This document shows, in pieces, positions 25,903 to 34,726 of a stretch of 64,000 bases of DNA. The stretch is taken from NCBI GenBank assembly GCA_902800065.1, contig CADCDE010000002.1, positions 107,043 through 171,042 on the forward strand. Direction: 5' to 3'. Source of the DNA: an uncultured Ruminococcus sp. GTDB taxonomy: Bacteria; Bacillota; Clostridia; Oscillospirales; Acutalibacteraceae. Below the pieces are notes generated by a model. It was given only the letters and a program-made list of their open reading frames with translations. It did no database searches and had not been told where the DNA came from. Position 1 is the first letter of the stretch. The number at the start of each line of letters is the position of its first letter. The position numbers and the translations under genes were made by a program.

Positions 25903-28632
25903 ATGTCAAAGCATGGAACACCGCTTGGTGTCCAAAAGAAAAATTATTATCTGAGGGCATTTTTATGGGGTTTGTGTCTTGCAACCCTGATATTTTTGCC
26001 GTGGGTAATATTAAACAAGGGATATTTCTTTTTTTACGGGGATTTCAATGTACAGCAGATACCATTTTATCAGATGATACATGATTCTGTACTCAAGGGA
26101 AATATAGGCTGGAGCTATACGACTGATCTCGGTGCAAATATCATAGGCTCATACAGCTTTTATATGTTCGGAAGCCCGTTTTTCTGGATAACAATGCTGT
26201 TTCCGAGCAGAGTAGTGCCGTTTCTTATGGCTCCGCTGCTCATACTCAAGATAGCTCTTGCAACGCTTGCAGGATATACGTTTCTGAGAAGATATCTGAA
26301 GAATCAGAATTATGCTATAATAGGAGCATTGCTGTATGCGTTTTCGGGCTTCAGTATCTATAATATATTCTTCAACCATTTTCATGAAGCAATGATAACA
26401 TTTCCGTTCATGCTTGCGGCAGTTGATGAATTCGTATATGAAAAGAAAAAGGGCTGTATGGCATTGGCAGTGTTTGCATCTGCATTCGTAAATTATTATT
26501 TCTTTGCAGGACAGGCAGTATTTGTTTTCATATATTGGGTAGTAAGAATGAATACGGGCAGTTTCAGGATGAGTATAAAGGAATTTCTGAGATTTGCCCT
26601 TGAAGTAATAACAGGATTCCTGTGTGCAGGTATAATACTTGTACCGTCAATATATGCCGTTATACAGAATTCAAGGCTGAATAATTTCCCGAATGGCTGG
26701 GGAGCAGTAGTTTATACAAGTGAACAGAGATATATACATATAATACAGTCATTTCTGTTTCCGCCGGATATGCCTGCCTATGCTAATTTCACTCCCGATT
26801 CAAATGCAAAATGGGCATCAGTTGCAGGATGGCTGCCGCTGTTCAGTATGGTCGGAGTATTCTCCTTCTATAAGCTGAAAACGCACAGATGGTTAAGACT
26901 GTTTATACCGATACTGTATCTGATGGCATTCATACCGATATTCAACTGCCTGTTCCAGCTTCTTAACGCTGCATATTATGCAAGATGGTTCTATATGCTG
27001 ACACTCATGCTTTCGCTTGCAACAGTGATATGTCTTGATAATGCCGAAACGGATTATCAGGGCGGACTCAAAATAACATTTGCGGCAACATTGCTCATAA
27101 CCTGTCTCATCGGTCTTATGCCGTCGACCTCGACTGATACGAAGGGAGTAAAAACGACTGTCTATGGCATAGAAAAATATCCCGACAGATTCTGGATATG
27201 GGTAGGTCTGGCATTTGTGGGACTTATAATGCTTACGATAGCACTCAATTTCAGGCATACCAAAAAAGCCTTTCCGAGAATGATAGCTATAATGCTTTCT
27301 GCTATGATAGTATTGTACGGAAATGTACTTGTCGGAGTAGGCGTAGTAAATTCAAGCTATAAATATGATTATATAAAGAACTATGCAATAAACAACAGAA
27401 ACGAGTTTAAAGAACTGAAAGATTTAAAGAATGTCCGTTCAGATTTCTACAATGAGTTGGACAATATGGGAATGTTCTGGCAGATACCGACTATACAGGC
27501 ATTTCATAGCGTCGTGCCTGGTTCGGTAATGGATTACTACAAATCTGTCGGAGTTGAAAGAAATGTCGCTTCAAGACCTGATACGGAAGTTTATGCAATA
27601 AGGAGTTTCCTTTCATGCAAGTATCTCTTTGATAATAAGACTGATTCCAAGGATTTTGCAGGCAGTGCAGGAACAACAAAGATGCCGGGCTGGAAATTCC
27701 TGAAATCCAAGAAGGGCTATAATATATATGAGAATGAATATTATATACCGTATGGATTTACCTATGACACTTATGTAACAACGGATGAATATGATAGCTG
27801 TACAGAAAAGAACAGAAGTCATCTGATGCTGAAATCAATTGTTCTTACAAAGGAACAGGCAGAGAAATATAAAGATATATTAAAGCATGATGACCAGATA
27901 GATTCATACAGATATACTCAGGTGGAATATTTCAATGCCTGCAACGAAAGAAAAAAGCTCGTATGCAGCTCCGTGAAATTCGAGAACAATAAATTTACAG
28001 CTAAAATAAAAACAGGAAATACAGGTGAGCTTGTATTCTTCAGTATACCGTATGAGAATGGCTGGAGTGCGACAGTCAACGGAAAAGATGTTGCTATCGA
28101 GAAGGTCAATGTCGGATTCATGGCAGTTGCTGTACCTGCAAATACAGCCTCAACTATCGTATTTAAATACAAAACTCCCGGACTGATGCTCGGAGCAGGA
28201 ATAAGTGCAATAGGCATAGTAATATTCGTATTGTATATGGTGCTGTACAGACCGTCAAGGAAGCGTGAGGAATATGGTATACTGTTGTTTGATGATATGA
28301 GCGATGATTACTTTGATGATGTCATAAACAGCAAATTTGAGAAGGCACCTAAAAAAGAAAAATTAAAGAAGGAAAAAGTCAAAAATAAGAAAATTGACGA
28401 TAAAAAAGAAAATAAGCCTGCCGAGGATAATGAAAATGCTCCCGAAACGCTTATCAAACAGCAGTTCAAAGAGAATGAACAGATGAATGATGCAGATGTA
28501 GGAAAGCTGTTCGGTGATGGGGAGACTGAATCAAGTTCTGAAAAAAAATCAGACGAAAATTCAGAAGAAAAACCTGATGAGGCTCCTGCAGAGGAAGAAA
28601 ATTCTGAGACAAATAAAGGAAAAAGAATATAA
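25903..28632 (+). CDS. YfhO-family polytopic membrane protein (glycopolymer glycosyltransferase-like) with K/E-rich tail
   Basis: GGAGGA RBS. YFFFYGDFNVQQIPFY, more than 10 TMs, a C-terminal extracytoplasmic domain, a final TM and a charged tail of about 120 aa. Confidence 0.8.
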   Translation: MSKHGTPLGVQKKNYYLRAFLWGLCLATLIFLPWVILNKGYFFFYGDFNVQQIPFYQMIHDSVLKGNIGWSYTTDLGANIIGSYSFYMFGSPFFWITMLFPSRVVPFLMAPLLILKIALATLAGYTFLRRYLKNQNYAIIGALLYAFSGFSIYNIFFNHFHEAMITFPFMLAAVDEFVYEKKKGCMALAVFASAFVNYYFFAGQAVFVFIYWVVRMNTGSFRMSIKEFLRFALEVITGFLCAGIILVPSIYAVIQNSRLNNFPNGWGAVVYTSEQRYIHIIQSFLFPPDMPAYANFTPDSNAKWASVAGWLPLFSMVGVFSFYKLKTHRWLRLFIPILYLMAFIPIFNCLFQLLNAAYYARWFYMLTLMLSLATVICLDNAETDYQGGLKITFAATLLITCLIGLMPSTSTDTKGVKTTVYGIEKYPDRFWIWVGLAFVGLIMLTIALNFRHTKKAFPRMIAIMLSAMIVLYGNVLVGVGVVNSSYKYDYIKNYAINNRNEFKELKDLKNVRSDFYNELDNMGMFWQIPTIQAFHSVVPGSVMDYYKSVGVERNVASRPDTEVYAIRSFLSCKYLFDNKTDSKDFAGSAGTTKMPGWKFLKSKKGYNIYENEYYIPYGFTYDTYVTTDEYDSCTEKNRSHLMLKSIVLTKEQAEKYKDILKHDDQIDSYRYTQVEYFNACNERKKLVCSSVKFENNKFTAKIKTGNTGELVFFSIPYENGWSATVNGKDVAIEKVNVGFMAVAVPANTASTIVFKYKTPGLMLGAGISAIGIVIFVLYMVLYRPSRKREEYGILLFDDMSDDYFDDVINSKFEKAPKKEKLKKEKVKNKKIDDKKENKPAEDNENAPETLIKQQFKENEQMNDADVGKLFGDGETESSSEKKSDENSEEKPDEAPAEEENSETNKGKRI

Positions 28633-28646
28633 AAATGTGTAACGGG

Positions 28647-28700
28647 TTGAAAATGGGAAATTTTTTAAGAATGATTTTCCATTTTCAATTTTCCGTTTAA
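28647..28700 (+). terminator. Terminator after yfhO-like gene
   Basis: ttgaaaatgggaaa / tttccattttcaa stem followed by T-rich sequence. Confidence 0.6.
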
Positions 28701-28794
28701 GGTTTTTTGAAACAGAAGTGGTTGAATACAGTAAATATTATATATCGGAGTGAATATTTATATTTAATTACATGAAAGGGCAGTGATATATATA

Positions 28795-30072
28795 ATGTTT
28801 TTCGGAGAGAAAATACTTGAATATAAAGAGGATATACTGAAAGACCTTAATGAACTTATCAAAATAAAGTCTGTCTCGGCGAATGACAAAGAAAGTGCAT
28901 CAAATGCATTGAAATGGATATTGTCAAGGGCTGAAGGTATGGGATTCAGGACTAAGAATATACAGGGAATAGCAGGTCATGCCGAATACGGTGAAGGTGA
29001 AGGACTTGCAGGAGTACTTGCTCATGTGGATGTAGTGCCTGCAGGTGACGGCTGGAGTACGGAGCCTTATGCACTGACCGAAAAGGACGGCAGATTATAC
29101 GGCAGAGGCATCGTTGATGACAAAGGTCCTGCAATAATAGCCCTGTATTGTCTGAAGGCAATGAAAGATAATGGTATTATTCCAAACAGGAGAATAAGAG
29201 TCATATTCGGGGCAGGCGAAGAAATAGGCATGAATGATATGGAAACATATTTTGAAAGTGAAGAAATGCCTGATATGGCATTCACGCCTGATTCCGAGTA
29301 CGGTATATGTAATTGTGAGAAAGGTATACTGCAGATAGAGATATCATCAGAGAATAGTGAAGACATATATCTTAAGAGATTTCATGCAGGAAGTGCGGTG
29401 AATGCAGTACCGTCAAGTGCAGAGGCATTCGTTGACCGTGAATTCAATGCAGTAGGCAGAGCCTCACATGGTTCAACGCCTGAGCTTGGAGTCAATGCAG
29501 CGGCAAATCTGATAAAGACACTTGCTGATATATACGGATATCCGTCACTCGGAAAGCTGTGTGAATTTCTCGGAAAAGAGATAGGCTCGGAAACTGACGG
29601 AAATACATTGGGGATAGCCTGTGAGGATGAACAGTCGGGCAGACTGACAGTCAATCTCGGAAAAATAGATATAGACGAAAATACAGCCCATGCATTTATT
29701 GATATAAGATATCCCGTAACTGCAGATTTTACGGAGATACTAAAAAAAATAGGTGCAAAGGCAGCCCCATATCTGTTGAAGGTGGGTGTATATAACCATG
29801 AGATGCCTTTGCAGGTAAGTGAGGATATGCCGGTGATAGATATTTTGAAGAAGTCGTATAAAACGGTAACAGGCGAGGATGCGAAAATATATTCGACAGG
29901 CGGGGGGACATATGCACGAACACTCAGAAACAGGGGTGTAGCCTTTGGTCCTGTATTTGAGGGAGATACGAGTAATATACATGACGTTGACGAGAGCATG
30001 GACAAAGAAAATTTCTTCAGACACGCTCAGATATGCCTTGAAGCAATGTACGGATTTGCAGAATTGAAATAA
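28795..30072 (+). CDS. pepV: M20-family dipeptidase (PepV/Sapep-like)
   Basis: HVDVVPAGDGWSTEPY and GRGIVDDKGPAI motifs. The start (ATG 28795 versus GTG 28783) is uncertain. Confidence 0.8.
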   Translation: MFFGEKILEYKEDILKDLNELIKIKSVSANDKESASNALKWILSRAEGMGFRTKNIQGIAGHAEYGEGEGLAGVLAHVDVVPAGDGWSTEPYALTEKDGRLYGRGIVDDKGPAIIALYCLKAMKDNGIIPNRRIRVIFGAGEEIGMNDMETYFESEEMPDMAFTPDSEYGICNCEKGILQIEISSENSEDIYLKRFHAGSAVNAVPSSAEAFVDREFNAVGRASHGSTPELGVNAAANLIKTLADIYGYPSLGKLCEFLGKEIGSETDGNTLGIACEDEQSGRLTVNLGKIDIDENTAHAFIDIRYPVTADFTEILKKIGAKAAPYLLKVGVYNHEMPLQVSEDMPVIDILKKSYKTVTGEDAKIYSTGGGTYARTLRNRGVAFGPVFEGDTSNIHDVDESMDKENFFRHAQICLEAMYGFAELK

Positions 30073-30113
30073 AAACTATAAATGAGCAAATCTGAAAAAT
30101 GCACAAACAACCT

Positions 30114-30170
30114 GTCATTCCGAGCGTAGCGAGGAATCTTAAAAAGATCCTTCACTTCGTTCAGGATGAC
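30114..30170. repeat. Complete REP-like palindromic pair (two 26-nt arms in inverted orientation)
   Basis: GTCATTCCGAGCGTAGCGAGGAATCT, then taaaaa, then AGATCCTTCACTTCGTTCAGGATGAC. Confidence 0.9.
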
Positions 30171-30240
30171 AAAACGTGACGTTTTGTTGTGCATAATCAT
30201 AAATAATTTGTAAATTTGCTAATTTATAGTTAAAAAACAA

Positions 30241-30280
30241 CAAAGACGGCTGTTTTGATACAGTCGTCTTTGCTGTTTTT
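30241..30280. terminator. Hairpin terminator in convergent intergenic region
   Basis: caaagacggctgt / acagtcgtctttg stem with T-rich flanks on both strands. Confidence 0.65.
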
Positions 30281-30419
30281 GTGGAGTTGCTTTTTATGAA
30301 GAAGAATGGCGTAAGCAAATTTATTTTTAACACGCTTATATTATAACAGCAGAATGTTAATAAATTATGAATTACGGTTAAAACCATTGAAAAATAATAC
30401 TTAAAAAATTTCAATAAAA

Positions 30420-30458
30420 CAGCCGACACTTTTAATAAAAGTATCGGCTGAATTTTTT
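30420..30458. terminator. Bidirectional terminator downstream of P-type ATPase gene
   Basis: cagccgacactttt / aaaagtatcggctg stem with T runs on both strands. Confidence 0.7.
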
Positions 30459-30477
30459 ATGGTATTTTAACTAAAAG

Positions 30478-33195
30478 TTATTTTTTGTTAATTGCATTTG
30501 AGATAGCTTTTCTGATAAGGTCAACAGGGATAATTGAAAGTGAGAGAACAACAACCATTACCCATTCCATAACGTTCAAGCCGTAGCAGTTGAATATTTC
30601 ACCGCCAATATATGTAAGACCTACCTGAATAAGAACGATAAGCCCCATGATTCTGAAATAGTTGGGATTTTCGCCAATGTGTTCAAATACATTGATTTTT
30701 TCTGTTCTGACGTTAAGTGAATTGCATACGGATATGAGAATGAAGAAAGCAAAGTATGCTGTCAAGAGATACTTGAATGTAGGTTGACCGTTGTCTGTAT
30801 CTCTTACCAAGCTCCAGCTCCATATTGGGCTTGAAGTCCAAACCTGTGAGATAAGAACGAAGAAGCTGCAGAGGAATATCCAGATAGTTGAAACTGTGAG
30901 CTGTCCCTTCATAGCCTTGCTTACAATGCTTTCGTCACGGCGTTTGGGCTGTTCTTTCATGTAACGCTTGAGAGCCGGTTCACCGCCGAGTGCAAGTGCA
31001 GCGAGAGTATCCATTACAAGATTTACCCAAAGGATTTGAGTGATGGTGAGCGGATTTGAAAGACTGAGCAAAGGCATGATAAATGAGATAAGAACGGCTG
31101 AAATGTTGATTGAAAGCTGGAAGGTGATGAATTTTCTGATGTTGTTGAAGATAGTTCTGCCGTAGAGGATAGCCTTTGCGATAGAGTTGAAGTTGTCATC
31201 GAGGATAACGATGTCACTTGCTTCCTTAGCGACTTCCGTACCGCCGCCCATAGCAAAGCCGACATCAGCTTTTTTGAGAGCAGGGGAGTCGTTTACACCG
31301 TCACCTGTCATGCCGACAACAAGGTTAAGTTCCTGAGAGAGTCTTACAAGACGGCTCTTGTCGGTAGGCAGTGCACGGGCAATAACACGGATTTTTGGTA
31401 TTTGCTTTTTAACTTCTTCATCACTCATTTTAGCGAGTTCGGAAGATGTGAGAACTACATCATCATCAGAAGTAAGCAAGCCTGCATCTTTTGCGATAGC
31501 AACAGCAGTTTCCTTACGGTCACCTGTTATCATTACTACCTGAACGCCTGCATCATGTACTTCTGCAATAGCAGTAACTGATTCCGGTCTTACCTCGTCA
31601 CGGATACCTATAACACCTATAAGTGTCCAGTCACCTTCGGGGAGAGAATCGCTTGTAAGAGCAGTGTCGGAAGTAGCGACAGCAAGTACACGAATAGCTC
31701 TGTTTGCAAGTTCATCTATTTTTTCATTGAGAACCTTGCTGTCAAATTTAGCCTTGTTGCCATTTTCGTCATAGTAATATTTACAGTTCTGAATGAGCTT
31801 TTCAGGAGCACCCTTGATAAGAGTGATATTTTTAGATGTACCAATCTTACCCTCGACGGTTGTAGCACTGTATTTGTTGGTCGAGTTGAAGGGAACTGAA
31901 TAAACAGATTTAACATCGGGATATTTGTCCTCAGCGTGAGCAACGAACTGAAGAACAGCTCTTTCAGTCGGGTTACCGCCGACTACCTTCAGTGTATCGC
32001 CTGAGCCTGTAATAACAGCATTTGTATTGTGTTTGAGAGCAAGAGCGAGCATTTCGCCTGCCTTGCCTTTGATTTCTTCAAAATTCTTGGCTTCTTTGCC
32101 TGTACCGTCAAGGAAATTAACAGCTTCAAGTTTACCCTTTGTGATAGTACCTGTTTTATCGCTGAAAAGGATGTTAAGGCTTCCTGCAGTCTCGATACCT
32201 GTTACCTTACGTACAAGGACATTGTCGTTGAGCATTTTCTTCATGTTCATTGAAGAAACTATTGCAATCATAAGGGGCAGACCTTCGGGGACAGCCATAA
32301 CTATTACAACGACTGCGAACATGAGGGCATGGAGAAGGTCTGTAAATATTGTGATAAGTAAATCGGGGTTTGAGAAATATGCACCGATACCACCGTCAAA
32401 GAAGAACATTGACTTTATCATGTAAGCGATAGCGATAGCAACACCGCCTATGTAACCGAATTTGCTGATAGCATCTGCCAACTTTGAAAGTTTTACCTGA
32501 AGCGGAGATTCTCTGTCATCATCAATTTGAAGCTCTTTTGCGATCTGACCGTAAACGGACTTGTCACCGACAGTAGTAACTTCCATTACAGCGTTGCCCG
32601 AACATACGACAGCACCTCTGAATACTTTGTATTCATTGAGGAAATCGAGTTCTTCATTTTCGTCATTCTTGTAGCCTTCGGGAACAGCGATTTTTTTAGC
32701 TTCCTTGCTTTCACCGTTGAGAACGGACTGGTCAACAGCTAAATTACCGTCAACTATGATACCATCGGCAGGAATTTTGTCACCGCTCTGAAGAAGTACA
32801 CAGTCACCTACAACTATATCATTTATAGCGATCTCTGCAATTTCACCATTACGATAAACCTTACATTTGATGAGAGATGCTTCCTCCTGGAGTTTCTGGA
32901 AAGCGTTTTCATTGTTGTACTCTGAGAAGGTTGAAACGAAGGTTGCGATAAGAACGGCAGCAGCTATACCGACAGCCTCATACCATTCAGTGTCACCGAT
33001 ACCTGCGAACTGATGCAGGAGCCAGAAGATAACATTAAGCACCAATGCAACGAGGAGTATCTTTATCATGGGATCTCCGAAATTTTCGAGGAGCTTCTGC
33101 CAGAAAGATTCTCGTGCCTGTTCGGTGAGTCGGTTGTCGCCGTATTTTTCTTTGGATTGGGCGACTTGTTCGTCAGTGAGTCCGAAGTTTTTCAT
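30478..33195 (-). CDS. Calcium-type (P2) cation-translocating P-type ATPase
   Basis: FSDKTGTITKG phosphorylation motif, MITGDRKETA, GMTGDGVNDSPALKKADVGFAMG, PEGLP in TM4, and 10-TM architecture. Confidence 0.9.
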   Translation of the reverse strand: MKNFGLTDEQVAQSKEKYGDNRLTEQARESFWQKLLENFGDPMIKILLVALVLNVIFWLLHQFAGIGDTEWYEAVGIAAAVLIATFVSTFSEYNNENAFQKLQEEASLIKCKVYRNGEIAEIAINDIVVGDCVLLQSGDKIPADGIIVDGNLAVDQSVLNGESKEAKKIAVPEGYKNDENEELDFLNEYKVFRGAVVCSGNAVMEVTTVGDKSVYGQIAKELQIDDDRESPLQVKLSKLADAISKFGYIGGVAIAIAYMIKSMFFFDGGIGAYFSNPDLLITIFTDLLHALMFAVVVIVMAVPEGLPLMIAIVSSMNMKKMLNDNVLVRKVTGIETAGSLNILFSDKTGTITKGKLEAVNFLDGTGKEAKNFEEIKGKAGEMLALALKHNTNAVITGSGDTLKVVGGNPTERAVLQFVAHAEDKYPDVKSVYSVPFNSTNKYSATTVEGKIGTSKNITLIKGAPEKLIQNCKYYYDENGNKAKFDSKVLNEKIDELANRAIRVLAVATSDTALTSDSLPEGDWTLIGVIGIRDEVRPESVTAIAEVHDAGVQVVMITGDRKETAVAIAKDAGLLTSDDDVVLTSSELAKMSDEEVKKQIPKIRVIARALPTDKSRLVRLSQELNLVVGMTGDGVNDSPALKKADVGFAMGGGTEVAKEASDIVILDDNFNSIAKAILYGRTIFNNIRKFITFQLSINISAVLISFIMPLLSLSNPLTITQILWVNLVMDTLAALALGGEPALKRYMKEQPKRRDESIVSKAMKGQLTVSTIWIFLCSFFVLISQVWTSSPIWSWSLVRDTDNGQPTFKYLLTAYFAFFILISVCNSLNVRTEKINVFEHIGENPNYFRIMGLIVLIQVGLTYIGGEIFNCYGLNVMEWVMVVVLSLSIIPVDLIRKAISNAINKK

Positions 33196-33415
33196 TGTTT
33201 ATTAATCTCCAATTCTTTAAAAAATTTGTGTTTTTTTTAACAAGAACACTATTATTATTTTACAATTTCTTTTGAAAACCGTCAAGTAATAATATAACGA
33301 TAATATGTAGAAAAAAGTCGTAAAAATTTGACTTTTTTACAAAACAAAAAGACAAAGTAACTCTCAGATTATAAAAATTACTTTGTCCTTAATAATATGT
33401 ACTTTTCTGTTCAGG

Positions 33416-33808
33416 TCATTCATCATCAGAAATGAACTTTTTGGCGGTGTTCATAACTTCTTTTCTCTGCTTAGGAGTGAGGTTTCTTACCACGAAAAGA
33501 AGTTCAACTTCATACTTTGTAGTAGCGTGAGTGCGGTATTTGAGACCTTCCTCCTCATCAGCAGCACCTGAATGGATATCGGCAATGGCATCCTCAAGTT
33601 CCTCCTCGACACCCTGAAGCAAAGCGGTATAGCTGACATTGAATACCTTTGCGATTTTGATAAGAGTGTTTATATCAGGTTTTGTTTTGCCTGTCTCATA
33701 GTATGTGTAGGTAGAACGCTCGATCTTAAGACGGTCAGCTACCTGTTGTTGAGTAAGACCACATTCATGTCTGTAATATTTGAGCCAATAAGAGATCATA
33801 CTGTACAT
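33416..33808 (-). CDS. XRE-family helix-turn-helix transcriptional regulator
   Basis: LTQQQVADRLKIERSTYTYYETGKTKPDINTLIKIAKVFNVS. Start moved to MYSMIS after GGGGG. Confidence 0.75.
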   Translation of the reverse strand: MYSMISYWLKYYRHECGLTQQQVADRLKIERSTYTYYETGKTKPDINTLIKIAKVFNVSYTALLQGVEEELEDAIADIHSGAADEEEGLKYRTHATTKYEVELLFVVRNLTPKQRKEVMNTAKKFISDDE

Positions 33809-34175
33809 TTTTGGAATACCCCCTATATAAAATTTGATAAAACATATTCTATCGCACCTATTATATAACACTTTTTTAAAAATGTCATCACTTTTCGATA
33901 AAAGTTAATATTTAAGAGCAAATTTCTGATATATGCACAAAAAACAGCAGGTTTATTTGTGCATAATTTTACGAAAAAATGACAGAAAAAAATAATTAAA
34001 CGTAAAAAAATGTCTTATTAAAGGCAATTTTTAGAATTGATTACGAGGAACAGGACTTATGGAATAAATAAAAAATAGTCACAAATGAATTGTGATTAGG
34101 AAACTCTTTGATATTTCAGATGTGAAAAACCTATAAATTTATGGTAATAATTACCATAAATTTATCTCGAAATAT

Positions 34176-34514
34176 TCAACTGCAGTAATCCTCGATAAGT
34201 CTTTTCAGTGCTTTTTTATCATCGACATGAATACCTTTTTCGAGTGATTTTATATCAGCAGCAGGAAGTGTATTTACATAGACATCACTTATATAAAAAG
34301 GTATATCGTTTCCTGCTTCAAATGCTGCGACCTTTTTTTCGTATACGGAAAGAAAATATCCTGCTGCGGCTTTTTCGCTGTTTGAAGCCTGTGATATTTG
34401 TGATTCCAAAATAGGCTGTTCCGGGGCTGCATTTGCATTATCAGAACGGTATGATGATGTTATGATTATACATATAAACAAAATTATCCCTGTTATTGCC
34501 AATAAATTTTTCAT
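34176..34514 (-). CDS. Small secreted/membrane-anchored protein (BofC-N-like fold suspected)
   Basis: AAGGAGA RBS and an N-terminal TM. GYFLSVYEKKVAAFEAG...LPAADIKSLEKGIHV...LKRLIEDYCS resembles BofC N-domain-type small sporulation proteins. The resemblance is weak. Confidence 0.4.
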   Translation of the reverse strand: MKNLLAITGIILFICIIITSSYRSDNANAAPEQPILESQISQASNSEKAAAGYFLSVYEKKVAAFEAGNDIPFYISDVYVNTLPAADIKSLEKGIHVDDKKALKRLIEDYCS

Positions 34515-34726
34515 GTATAGCATCTCCTTTAAGATTATTTTTAGGAATTATCACATATTTATTCATAACTTAAAGGAATTTTTTTGATAAAATCATAGAT
34601 ATTTTTAAGCAGGTTTTTATTTTCAAAAAAAATTATTCCATTTTGAAGAAATTATGTTATAATATTAGAGGTAATTTTGAAAATATGCTTGGAAGTATAA
34701 TTTTATCAGGGAGGTTTTTGGAAAAC

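Noticed and set aside
30296-30346. A 16-codon mini-ORF (MKKNGVSKFIFNTLIL) with a GGAG upstream, lying between two terminators.
   Set aside because: It is too short and unsupported, and such ORFs arise by chance in AT-rich intergenic DNA. It is worth a glance only if Ribo-seq data exist.
30139-30429. A 96-aa minus-strand ORF in the pepV / P-type ATPase intergenic region.
   Set aside because: It reads through two terminator hairpins and ends inside the REP palindrome (...HPERSEGSF). It has no RBS and low-complexity hydrophobic content, so it is a spurious ORF created by repeats.
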